A stretch of DNA of 64,000 nt. Source: Gemmatimonadota bacterium. Lineage in GTDB: Bacteria; Gemmatimonadota; Gemmatimonadetes; Gemmatimonadales; Gemmatimonadaceae. The stretch covers positions 18,798 to 82,797 of the forward strand of contig JAZJZK010000041.1 of assembly GCA_040389905.1 (NCBI GenBank). The letters run 5' to 3'. Under the pieces are notes generated by a model that was not told the origin of the DNA, did not search any database, and was given only the letters and a program-made list of their open reading frames with translations. Both the position numbers and the translations under genes were made by a program. This document shows positions 19,747 to 30,788 of the stretch, in pieces (position 1 is the stretch's first letter; the number at the start of each line of letters is the position of its first letter).

Positions 19747-21314
19747 TGGCTGAGACGAAGATGGTGAACCTGACGATCGAAGGGCGCGCGGTCTCGGTGC
19801 CCGATGGAACGTCGATCCTCGAGGCGGCGAAGGTCGCCGGCGTGCTTGTCCCGCACTACTGCTATCACCCGGGCCTTCCCGTGGCCGGCGTCTGCCGCAT
19901 GTGCCTCGTCGAAGTGGAGAAAGCGCCGAAGCTCGCGCCCTCCTGCGCGACGTCGGTGATGGAAGGGCAGGTCGTCCACGTCCACTCGGACAAGGCGCTC
20001 GAAGCCCGCAAGGGCGTGCTCGAGATGCTGCTCATCAACCACCCACTCGATTGCCCGATCTGTGATCAGGCTGGCGAGTGCGAGCTCCAGGACTACACCT
20101 ACCAGGAAGGCCGCAGCGAAGGTCGCTACCGCGACCCCAAGCGTTTCAATCCGGTCGAGGATTTCGGCGGCGATGTCATGTACGTCGCGAACCGATGCAT
20201 CCTGTGCACGCGCTGCGTCCGATTCATGGACGACGTCGCGAAGGACCCGGTGCTCGCCGTTGTCGAGCGCGGAGATCGCGCGCTGATCGGCAAGTTCGAG
20301 GGCGAGGACATGACGCATGCCTGGGCCGGCAACGTCATCGATCTCTGCCCGGTGGGCGCGCTGCTCTCCAAGGATTCGCTGAACAAGGCACGCGCGTGGG
20401 AGCTCGATCGCTCCGCGTCGGTGTGCCCGAACTGCTCGCAGGGCTGCAACATGATCGTAGAGACGCGCGACAATCAGGTCATGCGCCTGCGACCGCGTCC
20501 CAATGCGGAAGTGAACGAGTACTTCATGTGCGATCACGGGCGGCTCAACTACCGCTGGATGAATCGCCGCGATCGTGTCGAGTCACCACTCGTGCGGCAT
20601 GAGGGTGCGCTGCTCAGCACGGATTGGGATGTGGCGCTCCGCACGGCGGCGCAGCTGCTCAATGGCAAGCGCGCGTACGTGCTCGCCTCACCGAATCTCT
20701 CCAACGAAGCGTTGTTCCTCCTCGGCAAGCTCGTCGCGAAAACGGGTGGGAAGGGTGCCTTCCGCGTCAATCAGGGGCAGGAAGCGCCGCTCCCCGGTGT
20801 CGACGATCTGGCACTGCGCGCGGATCGCGCGGCCAATGTACGCGGTGCCGAACTCGCGGGTTTTACCCGCTCCGAGAGCCCACTGGCTGACATGCAGGCC
20901 GGTGACGTGCTGATCGTGGCCGACGAAGAGCTCGCGGGTGTCGACGCGATCGACGTCGCCAGGGCTGGCGCGGTGATCGTGATCGGGACGACGCTCCCCG
21001 CATGGGCGCGCCACGGCGCGAACGTCGTGCTTCCCATTGCCAACTGTGTGGAGGAGGACGGCACCTTCACCAACTTGCGTGGCCGAGTGCAACGGTTCCT
21101 CCAGGCAAAGGCAGCGCCTGGACTGGCGCGGCCGAGCTTCTTCGCCGTCGGTGATCTCCTGGCGGCGATCGGCGAAGGCAGCGGATACTGGACGGCATCG
21201 CAGGCGTTCGACGCGCTCGCTGCGTCGCATCCTGAATTCGCCGGCATGTCGTACGACGGGCTGGCGCTCAAGGGCGCGATGACCGCCGGTGCAACGGCGG
21301 GAGCGGCGCAATGA
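19746..21314 (+). CDS. nuoG: NADH-quinone oxidoreductase subunit G (short form, about 520 aa)
   Basis: CYHP...CRMC, NHPLDCPICDQAGEC, CILCTRC, CPVGAL, CPNCSQGC...C. Confidence 0.93.
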   Translation: MAETKMVNLTIEGRAVSVPDGTSILEAAKVAGVLVPHYCYHPGLPVAGVCRMCLVEVEKAPKLAPSCATSVMEGQVVHVHSDKALEARKGVLEMLLINHPLDCPICDQAGECELQDYTYQEGRSEGRYRDPKRFNPVEDFGGDVMYVANRCILCTRCVRFMDDVAKDPVLAVVERGDRALIGKFEGEDMTHAWAGNVIDLCPVGALLSKDSLNKARAWELDRSASVCPNCSQGCNMIVETRDNQVMRLRPRPNAEVNEYFMCDHGRLNYRWMNRRDRVESPLVRHEGALLSTDWDVALRTAAQLLNGKRAYVLASPNLSNEALFLLGKLVAKTGGKGAFRVNQGQEAPLPGVDDLALRADRAANVRGAELAGFTRSESPLADMQAGDVLIVADEELAGVDAIDVARAGAVIVIGTTLPAWARHGANVVLPIANCVEEDGTFTNLRGRVQRFLQAKAAPGLARPSFFAVGDLLAAIGEGSGYWTASQAFDALAASHPEFAGMSYDGLALKGAMTAGATAGAAQ

Positions 21315-22594
21315 CCCATATCAATGCGCTCCTCCAGATCGCAGGACCGACCACGGAGCCTGGTTTCATCGTCTGGCTCATTGCCACGCTTGTGAAGATG
21401 ATTCTCGTCTTCACCGTCTACATGCTCTGCGCCGCCCTCTTCACGTTGGCCGAGCGAAAGATTTCTGCGTGGATGCAAGACCGCCATGGACCGAACCGTG
21501 TCGGTAAGGGCTGGCTTCAGCCGATTGCCGACGGCGTCAAGAACTTCGTCAAGGAAGAGACGTATCCCGGTGCGGTGAACTTGCCGCTGTTTATTCTGGC
21601 GCCGGTGCTGTCCTTCCTGCCAGCGCTCATCACGTGGGCGGTCATTCCATTCGCGGCACCCTGGGGTTCGCGCTGGGGCCTCATCGAGATGGTGCTCGCG
21701 CCACTCCCGATTGGCTTCCTCTTCATCCTCGCGATCTCGTCGCTTGGCGTCTACGGCATCGTGCTCGCTGGCTGGTCGTCGAACAACAAGTACGCGCTCC
21801 TCGGTGGATTGCGCTCGAGCGCGCAGATGATCTCGTACGAGATCGCCATGGGCATGAGCACCATCCCCGTGCTGCTCCTCGCGGGCAACGTGTCCCTCAC
21901 CAAGATCGTGAGCCAGCAGTCGTTCGAGACGTGGAACGTGCTCAACCTCACCGTGGCGTTCTTCATCTTCATGGTGGCCGCCTTCGCCGAGACGAACCGG
22001 TTGCCGTTCGATCTTCCCGAGGCGGAGTCGGAACTGATCACGGGGTACCACACCGAGTACAGCGCGATGAAATTCTCGATGTTCTTCATCGCCGAGTATT
22101 CGAACATGCTCACGGCGAGCGCGCTGATGGCGACGTTGTTCTTTGGCGGGTGGGACATTCCGTTCACCCTCTGGGACAACCTCGCGCCGCATACGGGTCT
22201 CAAGACGCTGCTGACGCTCTTCTCGTTCGTGATCAAGACGCTGGCGTTCGTCTTCCTGTTCATGTGGATCCGCTGGACACTTCCGCGCTTCCGCTACGAT
22301 CAGCTCATGTCGCTGGGCTGGAAGTTCATGCTGCCATTGGCGCTGGGTTACATCGTTGCCATCGCGACCACGATCGTGACGCTCGATTCGATGGGGTTCG
22401 CCCGCGGCTCTGTGCCATTCCACACGGGTTTGATCCTGCTGAACCTCGCGGCGGTCGTGATCCTGTTCATGATTCTCGACCGCGGTCGTTTGATCAGCCC
22501 TGCATACTCGCGCCTCGACCGGCGTGACCTCGATAAGTTGCGCGCCATGGGCGCGCCGCCCCGTGTTCCCCTCGTTCCCGAGTCCGGAGACTGA
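21311..22594 (+). CDS. nuoH: NADH-quinone oxidoreductase subunit H
   Basis: ERK...GPNRVG, AETNRLPFDLPEAESEL, PRFRYDQLM. Confidence 0.97.
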   Translation: MTHINALLQIAGPTTEPGFIVWLIATLVKMILVFTVYMLCAALFTLAERKISAWMQDRHGPNRVGKGWLQPIADGVKNFVKEETYPGAVNLPLFILAPVLSFLPALITWAVIPFAAPWGSRWGLIEMVLAPLPIGFLFILAISSLGVYGIVLAGWSSNNKYALLGGLRSSAQMISYEIAMGMSTIPVLLLAGNVSLTKIVSQQSFETWNVLNLTVAFFIFMVAAFAETNRLPFDLPEAESELITGYHTEYSAMKFSMFFIAEYSNMLTASALMATLFFGGWDIPFTLWDNLAPHTGLKTLLTLFSFVIKTLAFVFLFMWIRWTLPRFRYDQLMSLGWKFMLPLALGYIVAIATTIVTLDSMGFARGSVPFHTGLILLNLAAVVILFMILDRGRLISPAYSRLDRRDLDKLRAMGAPPRVPLVPESGD

Positions 22595-23088
22595 TGTCCA
22601 TCGGCGTGAAGGTCGTCGACCGACCTATCGACCAGACGAGTTACGTACGCGCCACGCTCGGCGGCATGAAGCGAACCTTTCTCAAGCTGTTCGACGAGAA
22701 GGTGACCACGCAGTACCCCGAAGAGAAGGAGTCCATCTCGCGGCGGTGGCGTGGGACGCATCGCATGCTCACGACCGAGGACGGCAAGGCCAAGTGCGTC
22801 GGCTGCGGGCTGTGTCCGTCGGTGTGTCCCGCGAACTGCATCAAACTCGTTCCGGGCGAAGACGAGCAGGGCAATCGCTACCCGCTGGTGTTCGAAATCG
22901 ACGAGTTCCGTTGCATTTTCTGCGGCTATTGTCAGGAGGTTTGCCCGGAAGAGGCGATTCACGTCGGCCGGCACTACGAAAACGCTGAATACAGCCGAGA
23001 GGGTTTCGTGTACGACCTCGAGCGGTTGATGGCGCAGACGCATCCGGTGTGCGAGATGTGGGACCCTGCAGATCCGAAGGGGGAGTAA
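22594..23088 (+). CDS. nuoI: NADH-quinone oxidoreductase subunit I
   Basis: Two CxxCxxCxxxCP motifs. Confidence 0.97.
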   Translation: MSIGVKVVDRPIDQTSYVRATLGGMKRTFLKLFDEKVTTQYPEEKESISRRWRGTHRMLTTEDGKAKCVGCGLCPSVCPANCIKLVPGEDEQGNRYPLVFEIDEFRCIFCGYCQEVCPEEAIHVGRHYENAEYSREGFVYDLERLMAQTHPVCEMWDPADPKGE

Positions 23089-23645
23089 TGTCCCACAACG
23101 AACTGCCGCTGTTCTACGTCTTTCACTTCTACTTTTTCGGGCTTGTCGCGGTCATTTCCGCGGTGTGCTTTGTCACGCGAAAGAGTCCAGTCGCCGCAGC
23201 GCTGTGGCTGGTGAACACGATGTTCTGCCTCGCGGCGATGTATGTGTTGCTCGACGCGCAGTTCATTGGCGCCATGCAGGTGCTGGTGTACGCAGGCGCA
23301 ATCATGGTGGTGTTCCTCTTCGTGATCATGCTGCTGAACCTGGGCCATCCGTCGGAGTTGGCAGACGCGCGTGGTCTGGGGTGGAAGCTGGTGGCTGGCG
23401 GAGTCGGCATCGCGCTACTTGCGCAGATCGTCGCCTTGACGAAGGGACGGATTCCGGAGCCGCTCGTGCTGCCCGAGAACACGATCGCCGATCAAGTGGC
23501 GAAGACGGGCGCCATCGCGCCGCTCGCCGGCCCGCTGTTCCACGAGTACCTGCTCGCGTTCGAGGTGACGAGCATCCTGTTGCTCGCGGCAATTGTTGGC
23601 GCCGTGGTCCTCGGCAAGCGCAAGGAGCGTGTCCATGCTGGGTGA
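23088..23645 (+). CDS. nuoJ: NADH-quinone oxidoreductase subunit J
   Basis: [32 protein letters not shown] overlaps the nuoI stop. Confidence 0.96.
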   Translation: MSHNELPLFYVFHFYFFGLVAVISAVCFVTRKSPVAAALWLVNTMFCLAAMYVLLDAQFIGAMQVLVYAGAIMVVFLFVIMLLNLGHPSELADARGLGWKLVAGGVGIALLAQIVALTKGRIPEPLVLPENTIADQVAKTGAIAPLAGPLFHEYLLAFEVTSILLLAAIVGAVVLGKRKERVHAG

Positions 23646-23924
23646 AGCCCTGTTCTTTAGCGCCGTGCTGTTCACGATCGGTGTCGTGGGCGTGCTCACG
23701 CGGCGAAATGCCATCATCATCTTCATGTGCGTCGAGCTGATGCTCAACGCCGTGAATCTCACGTTTATCGCCTTCGCGCAGGTGTACGGCGTCGCGGGCC
23801 AGCTCTTCGTGTTCTTCGTCATGACCGTGGCGGCCGCAGAAGCGGCTGTCGGGCTCGCGATAATCATCGCGCTGTTCCGCCACCGTCAGACGGTCAATTT
23901 GTCGAACATCAATCTCCTCAAGGG

Positions 23925-23928
<4 letters not shown>
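23635..23928 (+). CDS. nuoK: NADH-quinone oxidoreductase subunit K
   Basis: RRN...[18 protein letters not shown]. Confidence 0.96.
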
Positions 23929-26174
<2,246 letters not shown>

Positions 26175-26178
26175 CGAG

Positions 26179-27762
26179 ATGCGCGAGTTTCTGCTTTCCG
26201 TCGGCTACGACCGCTGGATCCTTCCGGCGCTTCTCGTGCTTCCGCTCATCGGTGCGCTGGCAATTCTTGCCGGCCCGCGCGGTGCGCAGGGCGAGGATGA
26301 AGTCGCCACGGGCCGTGCTGTCCGGCCACGCATGCTTGCGACGCTGGTCTTCGGTCTCGAGTTCATTCTGTCGCTCGGGCTCTGGTGGGCATTCGACCCC
26401 GCCGTGCCGGGTTGGCAACAGAAGTTCGACATCGCGTGGATTCCGTCGTGGGGCGTTCGGTTCACGCTCGGTCTCGACGGTATCGCACTCATGATGGTGC
26501 TGCTGACCACGTTCATCATGGCGCTAGCGGCGCTCGGCAGCTGGAGCGCGGTTCGCCACAAGGCCGCCGCCTACTATGCGCTGCTCCTCGTGCTGACGAC
26601 GGGAATGCTCGGCGTGTTCATGGCGCTCGACCTGTTCCTGTTCTACGTGATGTGGGAAGTGATGCTGGTGCCGATGTACTTCATCGTCGGCATCTGGGGT
26701 GGGCAGCGACGCATTTATGCCAGCCTCAAGTTCTTCATCTACACGATGGTCGGTTCGCTGCTGATGCTCGTGGGCATCATCTACCTGGGGCTCGCGGCGA
26801 CGAGCACGTCCACCTTTGTTCCCAACTTTTCGTACGACGCCATCATGGCGTCCGCGAATATTCCGCCGCATCACGCCATGTGGTTGTTCGGCGCCTTCTT
26901 CCTCGCATTCGCGGTGAAGGTGCCGATGTTCCCGTTCCACACGTGGTTGCCCGATGCACACGTGGAAGCGCCGACCGCAGGCTCCGTTGTGCTGGCGGCC
27001 ATCATGCTCAAGCTCGGGACCTTCGGATTCCTTCGGTTGGCGGTGCCGCTGTTCCCGACCGCCGCGATGGATCCCACGGTGCGTGGATTGATTCTGGGGC
27101 TCGCGGTCATCGGCATCGTCTACGGCGCGCTGGTGTCGCTCGTGCAGCCGGACTTCAAGAAACTCGTGGCATACAGCTCCGTGAGCCATCTCGGTTTCGT
27201 GATGCTCGGCATCTTCGCACTGACCGTGCAGAGTGTGCAGGGCGCGTTGATGGTCATGATCAATCACGGCCTTTCGACTGGCGCGTTGTTCTTTCTGATT
27301 GGCATGATCTACGAACGGCGCCACACGCGAATGATCTCCGCGTACGGCGGCATCGCGCGTGTCGTTCCCATGTTCTCCGCCATCCTTGTGTTCGTGTCAC
27401 TCAGTTCGATCGGAGTACCGGGGACGAATGGATTCGTTGGCGAGTTCCTCGTGCTCCTTGGCTCTTATCGTACATATCCGATCTTCTCCGTCATCGCCGC
27501 CACGAGCGTGATCATCGCCGCGGCGTATCTGTTGTGGGCCGTCCAGCGTATCCTCTTCAACCCGCTCGACAAGCCTGAGAACGAACACATTCCCGACCTC
27601 AATCGGCGTGAGCTCCTTCTTCTGGCCCCGCTGCTCGCCGGTATTGTTTGGCTGGGTATCTATCCCGCGCCGGTGCTTCGGCGCATGCAACCTGCCGCCG
27701 AGCAGTTCGTGCGTACGGTCGAGCAGCGCGCCGCGCTGATGAGCGCTGAGGGAGGCCGCTGA
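26179..27762 (+). CDS. nuoM: NADH-quinone oxidoreductase subunit M
   Basis: FAVKVPMFPFHTWLPDAHVEAPT, KKLVAYSSVSHLG. Confidence 0.97.
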   Translation: MREFLLSVGYDRWILPALLVLPLIGALAILAGPRGAQGEDEVATGRAVRPRMLATLVFGLEFILSLGLWWAFDPAVPGWQQKFDIAWIPSWGVRFTLGLDGIALMMVLLTTFIMALAALGSWSAVRHKAAAYYALLLVLTTGMLGVFMALDLFLFYVMWEVMLVPMYFIVGIWGGQRRIYASLKFFIYTMVGSLLMLVGIIYLGLAATSTSTFVPNFSYDAIMASANIPPHHAMWLFGAFFLAFAVKVPMFPFHTWLPDAHVEAPTAGSVVLAAIMLKLGTFGFLRLAVPLFPTAAMDPTVRGLILGLAVIGIVYGALVSLVQPDFKKLVAYSSVSHLGFVMLGIFALTVQSVQGALMVMINHGLSTGALFFLIGMIYERRHTRMISAYGGIARVVPMFSAILVFVSLSSIGVPGTNGFVGEFLVLLGSYRTYPIFSVIAATSVIIAAAYLLWAVQRILFNPLDKPENEHIPDLNRRELLLLAPLLAGIVWLGIYPAPVLRRMQPAAEQFVRTVEQRAALMSAEGGR

Positions 27763-29291
27763 TGCGCAGCTTCGACCTTTCCGTTCCGGCCCAACTGAGC
27801 GCCGCTCTCGCGCCAGACTTGCTGCTCATGGGCGGAGCGATGTTCCTGTTGCTGCTGGCGGTATGGAGGAAGGAGTCCGCGGCGCATCAGCGCACGATCG
27901 GTATCCTGTCGATGGCGCTCTGCGTGGCCACGCTGGTGGTCATTGGGCTCATGATGCCCGAGCGATCAACGGCCACCGACGGCCCGATCGCGGTCGACAA
28001 CTTCCGCTGGATGGCGGATATCATCATCCTCCTCGGTACCATCGGGGCGCTCGCGCTCGGGATCGACGACAACGATCGCGCCGGCACAACGACGGCCGAG
28101 ACGCACGTGCTGATTCTGTTTGCGACGAGTGGCATGATGCTCCTCGCGGCCGCTCGCGATCTGATGATCGTGTTCCTCGGTATCGAGATCATGTCGATCT
28201 CCGTGTACGCGCTGGCGGGCATGAATCGCCGGAGCGAGCGCTCTGCCGAAGGCGCGCTGAAGTACTTCCTGCTTGGCGCGTTCTCGACCGCCATTCTGTT
28301 GTACGGCATTGCCCTCGTCTATGGGGCAACCGGCACGACGAGCCTCTATCAGATTCACGCACGCGTCGCCCAGTACGACCTTGCGTCGAGTCCCCTGTTG
28401 TTGATCGGGATCGCGCTGCTGCTCGTGGGCTTCGGCTTCAAGGTGTCGACGGTGCCATTCCACATGTGGGCACCCGACGTCTACGACGGCTCGCCGAATC
28501 CCATCACCGCCTACATGGCCGCGACGGTGAAGACGGCGGCGTTCGCCGGCTTCCTCCGTGTGTGGCTCGAAGCGTTTGGTCCATCCATCGGAACCTGGCA
28601 CCGCGCCGTGGTGGGATTGGCGATTGCTACCATGGTGTTCGGCAATGCGATTGGCTTGATGCAACGCAACCTGAAGCGTCTGCTGGCCTATTCGTCGATT
28701 GCGCATGCCGGTTTCATTCTCGTTGCCATCGCCGCCGGCACGGGGCAGGGGGCATCGGCGATGCTCTTCTACCTCTTCGCCTATACGCTCGCGACGTTCG
28801 GGGCATTCGGCGTGATCATCGTCATGTCGCGCGGTGACGCGCCGGTCACCACCGACGATCTCAACGGCCTGTGGAACGAGCGTCCGTGGCTCGCGCTCGG
28901 GATGACGGTGTTCATGCTGGCGCTCATGGGCTTTCCGGTGTTCGGTGGAATCGGCTTCTTCGCCAAGTGGTATGTGCTGAAGGCCGCGCTGTCGGCGCCC
29001 GTTCCGGAAACGCTCCTCGCCGTCGTGCTCGTGCTGACGACGGTGATCTCGGCGGGGTACTACCTTTACGTCATCATGGTGATGTTCATGCGTCCGCGGC
29101 GCGATGACGCACCGTCGATTGCGGCGACGCCGGGGTGGACGCGCTTCGTGCTCGTTGTCAGTGCGGCGGCGATCCTCATTCTCGGCATCCTGCCAGATCT
29201 CGCAGTTCGGTACGCCCAGGTTGGAACGCCGCGCCTCGACGCCGACGCCCCTGCCGCGTCGCCCGCGCGGCAGGCTGCGCTGGCTCCTTGA
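27762..29291 (+). CDS. nuoN: NADH-quinone oxidoreductase subunit N
   Basis: EGALKYFLLG, FKVSTVPFHMWAPDVYDG, KRLLAYSSIAHAG. Confidence 0.97.
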   Translation: MRSFDLSVPAQLSAALAPDLLLMGGAMFLLLLAVWRKESAAHQRTIGILSMALCVATLVVIGLMMPERSTATDGPIAVDNFRWMADIIILLGTIGALALGIDDNDRAGTTTAETHVLILFATSGMMLLAAARDLMIVFLGIEIMSISVYALAGMNRRSERSAEGALKYFLLGAFSTAILLYGIALVYGATGTTSLYQIHARVAQYDLASSPLLLIGIALLLVGFGFKVSTVPFHMWAPDVYDGSPNPITAYMAATVKTAAFAGFLRVWLEAFGPSIGTWHRAVVGLAIATMVFGNAIGLMQRNLKRLLAYSSIAHAGFILVAIAAGTGQGASAMLFYLFAYTLATFGAFGVIIVMSRGDAPVTTDDLNGLWNERPWLALGMTVFMLALMGFPVFGGIGFFAKWYVLKAALSAPVPETLLAVVLVLTTVISAGYYLYVIMVMFMRPRRDDAPSIAATPGWTRFVLVVSAAAILILGILPDLAVRYAQVGTPRLDADAPAASPARQAALAP

Positions 29292-29309
29292 GTGCCTGGT
29301 AGCAAAATT

Positions 29310-29396
29310 GTCATCCCGAGCGAGCGGAGCGAGTCGAGGGATCTGCACCTCAGCACGTGCAGAGCCCTCGACTCACTTCGTTCGCTCGGGGTGACA
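29310..29396. repeat. REP-like palindrome (family A), probably also ends the nuo transcript
   Basis: gtcatcccgagcgagcggagcgagtcgagggatct ... agagccctcgactcacttcgttcgctcggggtgac: long inverted repeat with G-U compatible changes. Confidence 0.8.
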
Positions 29397-29419
29397 GCAC
29401 AGTGGATCGATCTCACGCC

Positions 29420-30787
29420 ATGAGCATTTCCGCGGGAATCTTTCGGCAGTATGACGTCCGCGGCATCGTCGATTCGGACCTGACCGTCGAGGCGGCGCGT
29501 GCCATCGGTGGAGCGTACGCCGCGCTGATGAAAGAACGGGGTGTCTCGGGCTCCGTCGCGGTTGGCCGCGACAACCGTCCGAGTGGCGACAAGCTTCGCG
29601 ATGCACTCGTTGACGGGCTGACCGGCGCAGGCATCGATGTGGTCGACATTGGCGTCGTGCCGACTCCCGTCTTGTACTGGGCGTTGCATCATCTGCCTGT
29701 CGTGGGCGGAATCCAGATTACGGGGTCGCACAACCCGCCGGAATACAACGGTTTCAAGCTGTGTCTCGGCACGGAGTCGGTGCACGGCCATGAGCTCCAA
29801 CACCTCCTCGATCTCATCCGCACCAATGCTGCGCCGACTGGATCGGGAACGGTGTCGCATGAAGCGCTGATCGATCGATACGTCGCCGACATCGTGCAGC
29901 TGACCGGTCCGCTCGCACGACCGCTCAAGATCGTCTACGACTGCGGCAACGGTGCCGCAGCGCTCGTTGCGCCGCAGCTCATGCGCGCGCTTGGAGTCGA
30001 TGCGATCGGGCTGTTTACGGAGAGCGATGGCACCTTTCCCAATCATCATCCGGACCCCACGGTCTCCGAGAACCTTCAGGATCTCATTGCCGCGGTTCGC
30101 CGAGAGGGTGCCGAGCTCGGCATGGCATTCGATGGCGACGCCGACCGCATCGGGCTCGTCGACGAGACGGGAAAGATCATCTGGGGCGATCACATCCTCA
30201 TTCTCTATGCGCGTGACGTGCTGGCGCGGACGGGCACCGGCCAGCCGATCATTTTCGACGTCAAGTGCAGCCAGGCGCTGACGGATGAGATCGCGCGCGC
30301 GGGCGGAAAGCCTGTGATGTGGAAGACCGGACACTCTCTCATCAAGGACAAGATGAAGGAGAGCGGTGCTCCGCTCGCCGGTGAAATGTCCGGACACATG
30401 TTCTTCAGCGAAGGCTTTTACGGACATGATGACGCGCTCTATGGTGCCGCGCGCCTGCTACGCATCGTGGCCGCAACGTCGCACAAGGTCGCGGAACTGC
30501 TGTCGGATGTTCCGCCCTTCGTGACGACGCCGGAGATCCGCGTGGAGTGTGGAGACGAGCGGAAGTTCGAGCTCGTCGAGCGTGCCGTTGCGCATTTTCG
30601 CGCGATCCACGACATCATCGATGTGGACGGCGTACGTGTCCTCTTCGGCGACGGATGGGGATTGATCCGCGCGTCCAATACGCAACCGATTCTTGTCACC
30701 CGCTACGAAGCGCGCTCTGCCGACCGGCTCGCGGCCATTCGAAATGAAATGGAGGGGTGGATCAGGTCGCAGGGCGTAAGTATCTGA
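29420..30787 (+). CDS. Phosphomannomutase/phosphoglucomutase (AlgC-like)
   Basis: IFRQYDVRG, TGSHNP, FDGDADR, GEMSGH, RASNTQP. Confidence 0.95.
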   Translation: MSISAGIFRQYDVRGIVDSDLTVEAARAIGGAYAALMKERGVSGSVAVGRDNRPSGDKLRDALVDGLTGAGIDVVDIGVVPTPVLYWALHHLPVVGGIQITGSHNPPEYNGFKLCLGTESVHGHELQHLLDLIRTNAAPTGSGTVSHEALIDRYVADIVQLTGPLARPLKIVYDCGNGAAALVAPQLMRALGVDAIGLFTESDGTFPNHHPDPTVSENLQDLIAAVRREGAELGMAFDGDADRIGLVDETGKIIWGDHILILYARDVLARTGTGQPIIFDVKCSQALTDEIARAGGKPVMWKTGHSLIKDKMKESGAPLAGEMSGHMFFSEGFYGHDDALYGAARLLRIVAATSHKVAELLSDVPPFVTTPEIRVECGDERKFELVERAVAHFRAIHDIIDVDGVRVLFGDGWGLIRASNTQPILVTRYEARSADRLAAIRNEMEGWIRSQGVSI

Positions 30788-30788
30788 C

